57,552 nt of DNA from a virus (Duplodnaviria > Caudoviricetes): positions 1-57,552 of the IMG/VR virus record IMGVR_UViG_3300025276_000005; one strand, given 5' to 3'. The first letter of the stretch is position 1. Each line of letters starts with the position of its first letter. Shown in pieces: positions 10,367 to 20,426 of this stretch. The notes under the pieces are model-generated. The model was not told the origin of the DNA and searched no databases. It saw only the letters and a list, made by a program, of their open reading frames with translations. Made by a program: the position numbers and the translations under genes.

Positions 10367-10912
10367 TTAAGTAAGTGTTATAGTTTTAATATAATAAGGA
10401 ACATTACTAGAGTTATTAAAAAACTCATTTAGTGGTATATCTAATCGGTTACTAGTAGCGTTAGTTACTAACAACCTCTCTAACCAACGTAGATATAGTT
10501 TAGTTAAAAAGGAATCTGTAACAGGAGTTCCTATTGGAGTGTACTGTTGCGTGTTAGCACTAAATCCGTGTGAAAAATCAACACTAAGGCTTCCTGCAAT
10601 ATCTCTAGCTACAATATACCCCTCTATAGACATCAACACGTTTCCACGAGTATCATCGTTAGGAGAGAATATTGAGTACCCTTGAGATACAACTAAGAAT
10701 ATACTACTAGATACACTTAATATACCAATTGAAATGTTTTCAATACTAGTAACAGTAGCCTGAGCCATTGTCGAAGTATTTACAACAATATCACCTACCT
10801 TAATACCATCGAATACATTTGCTGTAGTATCCTTCAATGTTAAGGACGGTGTTGTAGTACCATCACTAGTCCCGCTTGTTAATGCTATGGGTATTCCTAA
10901 ATACTTTGCCAT
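10367..10912 (-). CDS. Small putative structural protein, paralog 3, with an inserted domain
   Basis: Begins MAKYLGIP. The insert (TSGTSDGTT...LKDT...GDIVVN...ATVTSI...YSIFS) resembles the insert in ORF 27071..27547. Confidence 0.6.
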   Translation of the reverse strand: MAKYLGIPIALTSGTSDGTTTPSLTLKDTTANVFDGIKVGDIVVNTSTMAQATVTSIENISIGILSVSSSIFLVVSQGYSIFSPNDDTRGNVLMSIEGYIVARDIAGSLSVDFSHGFSANTQQYTPIGTPVTDSFLTKLYLRWLERLLVTNATSNRLDIPLNEFFNNSSNVPYYIKTITLT

Positions 10913-10916
10913 AAGC

Positions 10917-11189
10917 TTATGTTACTGCGATTGCAGATACTGCTACAGCCGGTGTAATAGCATCTTGATTATTTGTCCACGCCTTTTGATATAAATTAAC
11001 CATAGCGTTCTGTAGTTGACTCTCTAATAAAAAAGAAGCATCAGTAAGAGTAGTTAAAGTAGCTTTTGCTCCACCAAGATAATGAACAACTGTACTTGTA
11101 GTTCCGTTACCAATAATCATTTTTACATTAGACAAACTTAATGTCTCAATCCCTGAGCCTGTAACAGCTAATTTTATAAATTTTTCCAT
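10917..11189 (-). CDS. Small putative structural protein, paralog 2
   Basis: MEKFIKL...SLSNV...STVVHYLGGAKATLT...AM...AWT aligns by eye with 11200..11475. Confidence 0.65.
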   Translation of the reverse strand: MEKFIKLAVTGSGIETLSLSNVKMIIGNGTTSTVVHYLGGAKATLTTLTDASFLLESQLQNAMVNLYQKAWTNNQDAITPAVAVSAIAVT

Positions 11190-11199
11190 TTCCGTAAGT

Positions 11200-11475
11200 T
11201 TATACTAATGTTATTGCTGATGCCACTTTTGGCATATCTACTAAAAATTCTACTTGAGTCCAAGAAGTTTGTCTTGCTGCTATCATAGCAGCAGATAAAG
11301 CATCTCTTACATCAAAAGCAACTGCCGCAGCGTGAGTTATGGTCGCAGTTGTACCGTCAGTGTAATCTACTCTAGTTGAAGTTGCTGTTGCAGTTGAAGA
11401 TGCAACGTGGGCTACATTTGAACAAGAGACTAGTTGAGTTCTTGTAGATGCAGGTATTTTTAAATATTTTTCCAT
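11200..11475 (-). CDS. Small putative structural protein, paralog 1
   Basis: MEKYLKIP...SCSNV...STRVDYTDGTTATIT...AM...SWT; has its own TATATTTG box at 11506-11513. Confidence 0.65.
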   Translation of the reverse strand: MEKYLKIPASTRTQLVSCSNVAHVASSTATATSTRVDYTDGTTATITHAAAVAFDVRDALSAAMIAARQTSWTQVEFLVDMPKVASAITLV

Positions 11476-11515
11476 CGTTAAAAAATTAGATGATTAATAA
11501 TATTACAAATATAGC

Positions 11516-11544
11516 AAAAAAAAAGGAAGCTTTTCAGCCTCCTT
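11516..11544 (-). terminator. Intrinsic terminator downstream of ORF 11551..12303
   Basis: Imperfect AAGGAGGCTG/AGCTTCCTT hairpin followed by a T run on the minus strand. Confidence 0.6.
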
Positions 11545-11550
11545 ATTTTA

Positions 11551-12303
11551 CTACTTAGTCTCTGCGACTTTCTCTAGAAACTCTAGAATCTCAATACCCT
11601 CATCACTCTGAAGGTAAGACGATACCACATACAGTGGGTCCTCTCCAAACGGAATAGATAGCATCCGCTTCTTGTTAGTCGGAGTATTAAAGAATACTTC
11701 CTTCTTATTCTTTCTAAAGGTTAAGATACTCTTATCAAAGAATGACTGAACTAATGAGTCAATCATAAGAGTAGAATCTCCTAGTATATTAAGAAAACCT
11801 TGTGGCTCTGCTTGAGCAAACAAAAGAATGTCTCTACGTAACTCTGTTGAAGTTACCGAACTTGGGTCAGTCCCAAACGCTACACGAGTGATAGCTTCTA
11901 CTTGGTCTATTGTAAGCTCACGTGCTGCTATTAAAGCATCCACCTCAGTGTTAAGGTCTTTAACTATCTCACTAGCTTCCTTAGCCTTATCTATAACAGA
12001 ATACTTAACATCCTTTGCAGGGTGTAAGTCTAAAAATTTTTGTAATGATTGATTATTTTTTGGAACCGATAAGAACCCATCCTCAAATACGATTGGTTCT
12101 AGTATTGCGTTTCCGTCTTGCTCGTCCTCAAACGGACTCTGTTGGTTTCTTGCGTATCGAAGTGCTCTTTGTTCTCCCTTCTCCTCATCAAACCATAGTA
12201 ATGGAAATCTTCTTGAATTTCTTGATGCAAGCATAAAAGATAAAGGAGATTCTTCTCCTAGTAATTTATACTGCTTATCTACGTACTCTACTTTGTTTTT
12301 CAT
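11551..12303 (-). CDS. Conserved-looking protein immediately downstream of the major capsid gene (probable virion protein)
   Basis: 250-aa ORF with normal codon usage; assignment from position only. Confidence 0.55.
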   Translation of the reverse strand: MKNKVEYVDKQYKLLGEESPLSFMLASRNSRRFPLLWFDEEKGEQRALRYARNQQSPFEDEQDGNAILEPIVFEDGFLSVPKNNQSLQKFLDLHPAKDVKYSVIDKAKEASEIVKDLNTEVDALIAARELTIDQVEAITRVAFGTDPSSVTSTELRRDILLFAQAEPQGFLNILGDSTLMIDSLVQSFFDKSILTFRKNKKEVFFNTPTNKKRMLSIPFGEDPLYVVSSYLQSDEGIEILEFLEKVAETK

Positions 12304-12322
12304 TTGAATTTAATTTGAATTT

Positions 12323-12358
12323 AAAAAAAATAAAAGGAGTCCGCTTACACGGACTCCT
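12323..12358 (-). terminator. Intrinsic terminator of the major capsid gene
   Basis: AGGAGTCCG-CTTACA-CGGACTCCT perfect 9-bp stem plus T-rich tail on the minus strand, 12 nt after the MCP stop. Confidence 0.85.
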
Positions 12359-12370
12359 AATATCAATAAA

Positions 12371-13804
12371 CTATTCTTCGAATATGAAGAAGTTATTTGC
12401 ACCTAATGTACATACTGCTCTTTCTGACAAGAAGTTAACCTCCATTGCATCTAAAGATGAAGTCTGTGCACCACCTGCTGAACCTGTAATCCAAGTCTTG
12501 TAACGTCTGTCTTCAGTCTCTGAAGCTCTGTAACGAACGTGTAAGAAAGGACGCTTAGCGTTCTTACCTAAGATTTGGTCATATACAGATGTTGAACCTG
12601 CAGGAACTAAAAGTCCATTGATTCTACCTGAACCTGAACCTTGTGGTAAACCACCACGCATAGTTGGGTCATTTAAGTACTTCCAATCAGACTTGTAGAA
12701 GTCATAACCTCTACGGAATCCTGTGAATCCTAAGTTCAATGCCATCTCTTCGTCATTGTCAAATAGACCGTATGAAGTACCACCTGCTCCGTAAGAGTTT
12801 TGTGCTGCTAACATATCATCTATATCAAATCCAAACTGTCGGTCAACGAAGATTACATTCTCCTCAATCGCACCTTGCTTATCAAGACGTTGAATGATTG
12901 AATCAAAGTCACCCAATACATTCGGGTTACCACCTGACCATACATTACCTCTGTTGTTTACAACATAGAATACACCTTCTGAACCTGCGCCTGTTGGAGC
13001 ATTTGCTACTCCCGTGCCATTCCCTATCGCTGCTGATGCACCTGAACCTACTATTGCAGGAACTGCTTCCAACATAGCTGTCTCTAAGTAATCATCAAAA
13101 CGTAAACGAGTCTCGTGCTCTGACTTTAAGTACCAAAGGTATCCTGTCGCACCATTCTCAGTTTGAACTTCAACCCATCCAATTTGAGCCATATCAGAAC
13201 CCGATACTGCGTAACGGTCTTTAAGGATAATTGGTTTATTCTCAAAGAATACGTCATCAGCCTCTAAAGAACCTTCCATTCCCGGACTTCCTTTCTTAAA
13301 TTCTGAACCGTAGATAAACATTGTGTATTCTTCTGCAGCTACACCTGTATGGTTTGCTCCATAGTAAGCAAGAGTAACTGTACCTGCTGCTGTATCTACT
13401 ACCGTAACTAAAGCTTTAAGATTAGCACCACCTGTGTTTCTAGTCAACATAACTGTTTGACCAACACGAACTGCAATACTTCCACCACCCGGTATTAAAG
13501 TATCACCAATAGTCCATACTGCTGTCGCAGCAGCTCCTACTGCACAAGTTACTTTTGTATACTTAGTATGTAAACGTCCTTGCTCTGCCCATTTAATAAG
13601 GTCAGAGTTAGAAGGCATCTCTGCACCAACTAAACGTAAAAAAGATGCTACGGTACGATTACCATAACGCTCAAATTCTTTCTCGTAAGTATCAGGTAGA
13701 TACTGATTTAAGAAATCAAAATTTGTAATATAGTTGCTACTTAAAGCAACCTGTTCCGAACTTGGCTGTAAGTCAAATCCGTTTCCTGTAATAGCTCCTG
13801 CCAT
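12371..13804 (-). CDS. Major capsid protein
   Basis: 477 aa, strongly biased codons, follows portal and scaffold, has its own terminator; motifs WAEQGRLH, VSGSDMAQIGWVE, GFRRGYDFYKSDWKYLND. Confidence 0.85.
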   Translation of the reverse strand: MAGAITGNGFDLQPSSEQVALSSNYITNFDFLNQYLPDTYEKEFERYGNRTVASFLRLVGAEMPSNSDLIKWAEQGRLHTKYTKVTCAVGAAATAVWTIGDTLIPGGGSIAVRVGQTVMLTRNTGGANLKALVTVVDTAAGTVTLAYYGANHTGVAAEEYTMFIYGSEFKKGSPGMEGSLEADDVFFENKPIILKDRYAVSGSDMAQIGWVEVQTENGATGYLWYLKSEHETRLRFDDYLETAMLEAVPAIVGSGASAAIGNGTGVANAPTGAGSEGVFYVVNNRGNVWSGGNPNVLGDFDSIIQRLDKQGAIEENVIFVDRQFGFDIDDMLAAQNSYGAGGTSYGLFDNDEEMALNLGFTGFRRGYDFYKSDWKYLNDPTMRGGLPQGSGSGRINGLLVPAGSTSVYDQILGKNAKRPFLHVRYRASETEDRRYKTWITGSAGGAQTSSLDAMEVNFLSERAVCTLGANNFFIFEE

Positions 13805-13822
13805 TTTTTCTAGTTTTTAAAT

Positions 13823-14887
13823 TTATTTTCTTTTAATACTTCTAATCTTTAAACCACGACCTGAGTCGTTATTTAAAGACTTAAACTGTGTTCCTGATTT
13901 AGACGATACTTCAGGTGTGTTACGAGTTGTCATATTAATGTTCTTAGTCTTCCTCATAACATCCTCTGTTGCATTCGACTTACCCTGCTCATAAAAATAC
14001 TGAGCAAACTTCTCAGGGTTCATTGCAACTGCTAACGCTTTATGGTAACCCGCAGCGTCCTTCATAAGACCTTTATCATCTAAGTACTTGTTAACAAAGT
14101 TCATAGGTGATAGATGTGCCTTCTTAGTGTCTTCTGCATTACCGGGACTATACGTAACTTTGTCTTCTCCAATATTGAAATCAAAACCTTTGAAATTATT
14201 GTTAAAAACTTCGTCAGTCTTCTGTGTGAACCACTCAGACTTTCGTTTAGTCTCCTCTTGCTGCGTTGCAGCCTCACTTAAATATTGCTTATATGTTTCG
14301 TACTGTTCCTTATCGGCTTCAGGGATAGCATCCGACCTTGACTCAAGGGGTTGCTTGTACATCTCTTTTTCCTTTTCGAAATAGTTCTTCGCTTTAGCAA
14401 TAGCTTTTTTCTTTGCTACTTTGATTTTCTTAATGTCTGACTCGTCATCCAAGTCCTCATCGTAGGAGTACTCATCCATTAACGAATCTATGTCGTCATC
14501 GTCAAGAGCTGTCTCCGTAGTCTTAAGGTAATCTCGTAGCAAAGTATCAGGGTTTGCTTCATCAAAATCACGTTGTAATTTAACGTAATCATTAATTCCA
14601 CGACCTGTTTCTTTTTTATACTTAAAATAAGCAGCAACATCCTCAGGTAATTCTTCTTGAGCCTCACGCTCTGCAAAGATGTCATCTACTGATGTAAACT
14701 CCTTATTGTATCTTTCTTTAATATGTGAAAGAACTTGGTCTTCGGTTAAACCTTGTACCTCTTCTTGTGGTTGCTCGACTACAACCTTTTCTTCGAATTG
14801 CTCTTCGTGCTTTTGAAGTAACTCTTCTTCAACTTGTGCTGTAGATTTTACTTCTACATCATCGAGTGCTCTTACTTTAATATCCAT
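13823..14887 (-). CDS. Capsid scaffolding protein
   Basis: Very acidic and helical, 354 aa, directly upstream of the MCP; own TAACTTTG box at 14904-14911. Confidence 0.65.
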   Translation of the reverse strand: MDIKVRALDDVEVKSTAQVEEELLQKHEEQFEEKVVVEQPQEEVQGLTEDQVLSHIKERYNKEFTSVDDIFAEREAQEELPEDVAAYFKYKKETGRGINDYVKLQRDFDEANPDTLLRDYLKTTETALDDDDIDSLMDEYSYDEDLDDESDIKKIKVAKKKAIAKAKNYFEKEKEMYKQPLESRSDAIPEADKEQYETYKQYLSEAATQQEETKRKSEWFTQKTDEVFNNNFKGFDFNIGEDKVTYSPGNAEDTKKAHLSPMNFVNKYLDDKGLMKDAAGYHKALAVAMNPEKFAQYFYEQGKSNATEDVMRKTKNINMTTRNTPEVSSKSGTQFKSLNNDSGRGLKIRSIKRK

Positions 14888-14930
14888 TTGATTTGATTTT
14901 ATGCAAAGTTAAACAATTAATTAATACGAT

Positions 14931-15176
14931 TTAAGTATACCTAGACGTGACCTTGCCTGCCTTGGTATTAGACACAAACTGCTTAGTCCTTCCGCTTTTC
15001 TTTTTCTTTTTAGCTGTGGCAGCTCTCTCAGATTTAGACATACTATTAGCCTTAGCTAACGGTAAACATCTGTCAGGGTTCTTCTTATCCTTACTAGTAC
15101 CGCAGGCTCCCTTAATAGAACCATCAACTCCAATACGTACCCACTTCTCGTCTCTCCACTTTTTTAACTCACCCAT
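14931..15176 (-). CDS. Small basic protein
   Basis: 81 aa, Lys-rich (LKKWRDEKWV...CG...RCLPLAKA). Confidence 0.6.
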   Translation of the reverse strand: MGELKKWRDEKWVRIGVDGSIKGACGTSKDKKNPDRCLPLAKANSMSKSERAATAKKKKKSGRTKQFVSNTKAGKVTSRYT

Positions 15177-15322
15177 TAATACTTTGGTTTGGGTTTGTTT
15201 ACTTTATTTTTTTTAGGTTTTGTATGTGAGAATCCTCTTTTCTTTAAAGACAAGTGGTCTTTATTTGTAAGGGCTTTAATAGATTGCTCACCTTTGTACA
15301 TCATATGTATCTTGAATGCCAT
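15176..15322 (-). CDS. Small basic protein (start re-called at ATG 15322, MAFKIHMMYK...)
   Basis: This ATG lies just after the stop of the upstream ORF and has an A-rich leader. Confidence 0.55.
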   Translation of the reverse strand: MAFKIHMMYKGEQSIKALTNKDHLSLKKRGFSHTKPKKNKVNKPKPKY

Positions 15323-15326
15323 AGTT

Positions 15327-15482
15327 TTATTTTTTTGAGCCTTTAGCGTAGTTAGGGTCTTTGCAATATTTACTCGCAGCCATATTCGCATACGCTGATG
15401 GGTATCTATCGAATGTTCTTTTAGCCCAAGATATTCCTGCAGGGCATATCTTATTTCCTTTTGTTCTTCCTTTTGTTGCCAT
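15327..15482 (-). CDS. Small basic protein, 51 aa (MATKGRTKGNKICPAGISWAKRTFDRYPSAYANMAASKYCK...), absent from the ORF track
   Basis: Fills the gap between the portal stop and the next ORF exactly. Confidence 0.65.
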   Translation of the reverse strand: MATKGRTKGNKICPAGISWAKRTFDRYPSAYANMAASKYCKDPNYAKGSKK

Positions 15483-15484
15483 AT

Positions 15485-17920
15485 CTATCTAGGTGAAAAT
15501 TCAGATAAATCAAAACCATCTAAGCTATCCTCGTTAGATTCAAACGTCTGAGGAGGTAGGTTATTTTTTCTCTGAGTTATTAACTTACTCTGCTCTGTGT
15601 TCTGCTGACTTATACGTGCACTCTTAGCATCCTCACGCTGAGTCTCTCTACCCTGTAGTGCATTCTCAGATATATCTCTAAGACGCATATTAAATTCAAA
15701 TTCCTTATCCATAAGCACAGCCTTTAACTGAGCCTCGTTGTTCATCTTCTCAATATCAAACGCAACCTCTGCTTGCTTAATCTGCATCTTGGCTTGAGTC
15801 TCAGCCTGTATCTTCTGCATAGCTGTCTGAGCTGCAAGTTGTTGAGATTTAATCTGCTGCTGAGCTGTGATAGCCTGCTTCTGCATAGCCATCTTCTCAT
15901 CTCGCTCCTGCTTCTTAACACGTTTAACTTTAAGTAACTGATTAGCAACCTTAAGATTTCTAAGTTCTCTAATATCAATTGCATCCTCAAGGTTTATATC
16001 ACCCTTAGAAAGAGCCATTTGAATGTTCTGTTCTAACTGTGCTTTCTCCTCTTCGTCAGGTGACACTTCGATAAAGATACCGAAGTCATATATGTACAAG
16101 TCGTTTACATCCTGTAATATAGATACGTTGTACTTTCCTATCTGATTAGCAAACTCATCCTTAAAGTCGGCGTACTCTAAAACGTCAGATATTCTGTACG
16201 TTAAAGCCTCAGCTAAACTTCTATATATAAATAAACTAGCGTCTAGTATGTGCCTTGTAGCTGTGTTAGAGTTAAGTGCCGCTAACTTTTGTACACCAAC
16301 CAAAGAATTAGGGTCAGGACTAGAGCCGTCCCTCGCTTCATTTAAGCCTGTTACAGCACGTATCATACCTAAGTAATGGTTATAGTTACCGATAAGCATC
16401 TGAGTCTTACTAGCCCCTGAACTTGACGTTAACTGTGTAATAGGAACCTTGCCTTGATTGTAATCACCCTCTTGTGTATAGCTTCTACCAATTACACTAC
16501 CTGTTTGGAAATACAATCTCAAAGCATCCTCAGGGTTGTAAGCCTGACCTGTACCTAAATCAACCTCGTTTAATCCATCCGCATCTATAAATACACCGTC
16601 CGGAACAACCTTAGATATAACTTGCTGTAACTTTAAATGGGTCATCTGAATTAAATCAGCAAAAGGAATCATCCTTCTAACTAAAGACTCAATAACGCCC
16701 TTATACATTCTTGGTGCAACCGCCACGTAATTCGGTATAGCGTGTTGACTAGCTGACTTAGGACGAACCATATTCTCAGCTAACTCCCACTTAAGTATAA
16801 TGTTAGTACCCATAACCATAACGCCATCGTACCACACATCAATAGTTTTCTCAACCTTCTCGAAGTTACCTTCCTCCATCATATCTTCAGGGGGGTTGAA
16901 TTGGTCATCCTTCTCAATCATCTTAGAGCCACCGTTATCGTATATCTTTTTCTTGTATACAATCTTCTTTGTGGTCTTGTAGTTAAAGTACAATATCGTA
17001 GCTGAGTCTCTAGAAAATATATTATCTTGAAACATCTGAGCAGAGTTATAGTAGTCATACCAACTCTGACTGTACTTTGATATTTGCTCTAGGTCTTCGT
17101 TAGTCAATGAAGGATCAATCTTCATTAACTCTATTATAGGTAAGGTCTTAATCTCTCCCCAATAAAAGCAATCCTTAAAGTGAGGGTCCTCTGTGTAGCT
17201 ATACACTACATTTGCAGGGTCTACATAATTAATTTTAACGCCTGAACCCGGAAGAAACTCGTGTTTTGCTACACCAATCCCTAGTACAGTAAGGTCATAA
17301 TCAAATCTTTTACGTAGGTCTACATATTTATTTGAAGCAAACAATGTGTTAATAGCCTCTTCCTCAGCTATTTCAATTGCGGGCTTATATTTTAAATTCA
17401 TATACAAAGAAAGTTCCTCGTCATTCTCAGGCAAGTCACTTGGGTCCATAGTAAATGGGTTCATCCCTGTATTATCCTGAATGGTTGTTAGAACCTCCTT
17501 GGCTGCCATCTGACCCTGTATCATATCTTGATACTTACTCCTCTTTGATAGAGACATAGAATCCTCAGCGTAAGCATTTACCTTGAACAACCTACTAGAC
17601 ATACCGTTAACAACGATATCCACAAACTTAGGTAGTATAGGAACAGGCGTCCAATCTAAATTAAGGTAAGATAAATCACCGTCTACAGATAATTCGTTTT
17701 TATACTTTGCAATTGACTGTTCACCTCTTGCGTATAGACGTAGTCTTCTAAACTCTCTTTGTTGGTCGTAGAACTTACACGAACTAGAGTCTTTCTTAAA
17801 CCACTCGTACTGAATGGCTTGACCAATCTGCAATCCAAATTCATCCGTTGCTTTTTCAGCATCAGAAACAAATTGACTAGGAAAACCTGCAGCCGTAATA
17901 TTTATATTTATCTCTTTCAT
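15485..17920 (-). CDS. Portal protein
   Basis: 811 aa immediately after the terminase; LNLDWTPVPILPKFVDIVVNG, VTGLNEARDGS and a C-terminal Gln-rich coiled coil. Confidence 0.85.
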   Translation of the reverse strand: MKEININITAAGFPSQFVSDAEKATDEFGLQIGQAIQYEWFKKDSSSCKFYDQQREFRRLRLYARGEQSIAKYKNELSVDGDLSYLNLDWTPVPILPKFVDIVVNGMSSRLFKVNAYAEDSMSLSKRSKYQDMIQGQMAAKEVLTTIQDNTGMNPFTMDPSDLPENDEELSLYMNLKYKPAIEIAEEEAINTLFASNKYVDLRKRFDYDLTVLGIGVAKHEFLPGSGVKINYVDPANVVYSYTEDPHFKDCFYWGEIKTLPIIELMKIDPSLTNEDLEQISKYSQSWYDYYNSAQMFQDNIFSRDSATILYFNYKTTKKIVYKKKIYDNGGSKMIEKDDQFNPPEDMMEEGNFEKVEKTIDVWYDGVMVMGTNIILKWELAENMVRPKSASQHAIPNYVAVAPRMYKGVIESLVRRMIPFADLIQMTHLKLQQVISKVVPDGVFIDADGLNEVDLGTGQAYNPEDALRLYFQTGSVIGRSYTQEGDYNQGKVPITQLTSSSGASKTQMLIGNYNHYLGMIRAVTGLNEARDGSSPDPNSLVGVQKLAALNSNTATRHILDASLFIYRSLAEALTYRISDVLEYADFKDEFANQIGKYNVSILQDVNDLYIYDFGIFIEVSPDEEEKAQLEQNIQMALSKGDINLEDAIDIRELRNLKVANQLLKVKRVKKQERDEKMAMQKQAITAQQQIKSQQLAAQTAMQKIQAETQAKMQIKQAEVAFDIEKMNNEAQLKAVLMDKEFEFNMRLRDISENALQGRETQREDAKSARISQQNTEQSKLITQRKNNLPPQTFESNEDSLDGFDLSEFSPR

Positions 17921-20167
17921 CTATCTTAATAATTCACTGATTGACCCCTTGTTGTTATACTTGCCAAAGGTAATACTAATTTTTGACTGTTTTTGCTCCG
18001 GAAGGTATGTATGCTTTTGGTTTGCCATTATAGCTAGACCTGAACTTATAGAAGCATCAAACTTAGTTCTGTTGTTAATATCGAACCTAGCCCAATCTTC
18101 TAGAGTTTTAGGGAAAGGCATAGTACCCATTTCATCAGAATCTCTGTAAGCACCACTCATATCCAATCCAATATGTTTCTCAATATAAGACTCAATAGCT
18201 GATGCGTGTGACTGCTTAACGTCCTCAGACGAGTTAGGTATACCTCCTAGTTCTTTCTCTGTCTTCGATAGTTTATTAAACTGCTTATCAGGTCTGTTCA
18301 TAGAATACCCTCTGTACCCTCTATTCTTAAAGTGGTATAGTAACCTAGGTTTGTTGTTCTCGCAAAGTATTGGCATACCATAGAATATACAAGCCATAAG
18401 AACCTCCTCAAAGAATATCTCAGCCGTCTGTGGTCTAGCTATGTACTCTAAAAAGAACTCACTACTAGGTGCGTCATCCATATTAAACTTAGTAAGCCCA
18501 TGAAGAGAACCGTTAGACCCTTTACCACCAACTGTACCGGAGATGTCGTATGAATCGCAACCAAACGAACCTATGTGCTCATTACCCGGATACTTCATAC
18601 CTCTCTTTGTTATTACGTTGTTCTGTAGATTCTTATTAGGAACCCAACTTACCAAAAACCTTCCCCGTGTGTCAGGGCTAAATATAACCTCAGAATCTTT
18701 TTGACCATCCTTCCAATGAAACGAACCCTGAGTAATATAGTGCTCTTTTATAGTTGAGTCATTATAGTCTATCTGTTGGTATATCTTAGTAAGGTTAAAT
18801 AACGATGATTTGCTCTCGTCTCTAAATGCATGAGACTCAGTACGTGGGAACTGTCTGTAAAATTCATTCAACGCATCAGCATCACTCTTAAGTGAATCCA
18901 CCTCAGCAGTCCAATAGTCTACAGCCCCGTTAGTAATCATCTCATCATCAACACCAAGAATAGCCTTAGTAGGTTTATGAAATACAGGCATCCCGTATCT
19001 ATCTATAAAACCTTCCATATTCCATTCCATTGGAATAAATAAAGAGTACATACCACTCTTGGTTTGACCGTTAGCGTTTCTGTTACTTACATCTGAATCT
19101 TCGTATAGCTTCTTGTAGTTACTACCACCCTTTGATAAAGCGTTTGATGTTGAACCCATCATACACTTACCAATTATCTTACTACCTAAACGTAAACAAG
19201 TTTTAGTAACACGCCAATTGTTTAATATATTGTTTGGTTTAATCCACTTACCACTCTCATCGTGTACAAGAAGTAACAACTTCTCACCATCATACGAGTT
19301 ATCGTCCGTGTTTTTCCAATCTATTGTTGTATCTAATCCTTCAAGTTCATCTGCAGCAACTTCGTGCATATTCTTCTTTGTAATCTTAGACGCAGGAATC
19401 CTAAAGGCTAACTCAGTCTTAGGTTTATCCATACCGTCCTGTATAGGCTTGAAGAAAAAAGGCAACCTATTTGATATTGGTACAACCTTGTCGGTGAACA
19501 TCTTCTTAGCATCCGAACCCGTCTTAGATAGTATACCTACCCTAGAATCTTTTGCTAGTGTACCTGAGTTTACAGCTTCTGACGAACCCATAAATGAGAA
19601 CCCTGAACGTCTAATCTTTAAGTAAGTCATCCCAAACGAACGCTTATCTGCTTTACACGCTTCCCAAAAAATAAAAAATATTCTGTTAGCTTCTCGATAA
19701 TCAGGGTAACCAACATCAATACTCGTCCATTGAAGATACATATAGTGAGAACCCGTTATATAGGTTGGGTCTCCTTGATTCATAAACCAATAGCCCTCTT
19801 CTCTCCTATCAAACTCAGCCTCAATGTAATCAACCCACCTATCCTTAAAGTTAGTAGGCATTTCGTTCCATTGGAATATAGATGGTATTTTTTGAAGCTC
19901 TTTAGGGAACTCTTCACGCTCCCAATACTGTTGTGATTTTGTGGGGTGTCTCTGAGGTGTGACTTCAGGTCGCTTAGGCAGACCTATCTTTATCCCTGAT
20001 ATTTCAACTACCTCGCCAATCTGACCGGTCTTAGATATATTTACAAAGTCGTATTGTTCGTTATAACCATACAACCAACTGTGACTGCTATTCTTTTTAG
20101 ATAGCGGTCCTTTAGGGATATAGTCAGGAACTACACGATATAAATTATTTTGACCTTCGTTCAGCAA
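17921..20167 (-). CDS. terL: Terminase large subunit
   Basis: Walker A-like LKIRRSGFS, Walker B LLVHDE, GSTSN motif, and nuclease-domain acidic motifs FGCDSYD, LCENN and FDASISSG. Confidence 0.9.
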   Translation of the reverse strand: MLNEGQNNLYRVVPDYIPKGPLSKKNSSHSWLYGYNEQYDFVNISKTGQIGEVVEISGIKIGLPKRPEVTPQRHPTKSQQYWEREEFPKELQKIPSIFQWNEMPTNFKDRWVDYIEAEFDRREEGYWFMNQGDPTYITGSHYMYLQWTSIDVGYPDYREANRIFFIFWEACKADKRSFGMTYLKIRRSGFSFMGSSEAVNSGTLAKDSRVGILSKTGSDAKKMFTDKVVPISNRLPFFFKPIQDGMDKPKTELAFRIPASKITKKNMHEVAADELEGLDTTIDWKNTDDNSYDGEKLLLLVHDESGKWIKPNNILNNWRVTKTCLRLGSKIIGKCMMGSTSNALSKGGSNYKKLYEDSDVSNRNANGQTKSGMYSLFIPMEWNMEGFIDRYGMPVFHKPTKAILGVDDEMITNGAVDYWTAEVDSLKSDADALNEFYRQFPRTESHAFRDESKSSLFNLTKIYQQIDYNDSTIKEHYITQGSFHWKDGQKDSEVIFSPDTRGRFLVSWVPNKNLQNNVITKRGMKYPGNEHIGSFGCDSYDISGTVGGKGSNGSLHGLTKFNMDDAPSSEFFLEYIARPQTAEIFFEEVLMACIFYGMPILCENNKPRLLYHFKNRGYRGYSMNRPDKQFNKLSKTEKELGGIPNSSEDVKQSHASAIESYIEKHIGLDMSGAYRDSDEMGTMPFPKTLEDWARFDINNRTKFDASISSGLAIMANQKHTYLPEQKQSKISITFGKYNNKGSISELLR

Positions 20168-20426
20168 ATCCTTGTTTTGTATCAGTTCTGTTAGGTCCTT
20201 GAGACTCTAACTTAATGTTATCTTTCTCATTATCAATACGCTTAAGTATTTCAAACGCATCAAATATAGATAACTTCTTTGATGCTGCTGCATTCTTTAA
20301 CTTGTCTGCAGCTAACTCATCCTCAGGGTCGGGCTTGATAATCTCCTCCTTAGCAACCTTTATTAGTTGCTTCACAGCTTTATATCCTGCCTCTATTATT
20401 TCTTTTCTTAATTCTGTAGAGTCCAT
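20145..20426 (-). CDS. Possible terminase small subunit
   Basis: 93-aa helical protein overlapping the terL start; assignment from position. Confidence 0.45.
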   Translation of the reverse strand: MDSTELRKEIIEAGYKAVKQLIKVAKEEIIKPDPEDELAADKLKNAAASKKLSIFDAFEILKRIDNEKDNIKLESQGPNRTDTKQGFAERRSK

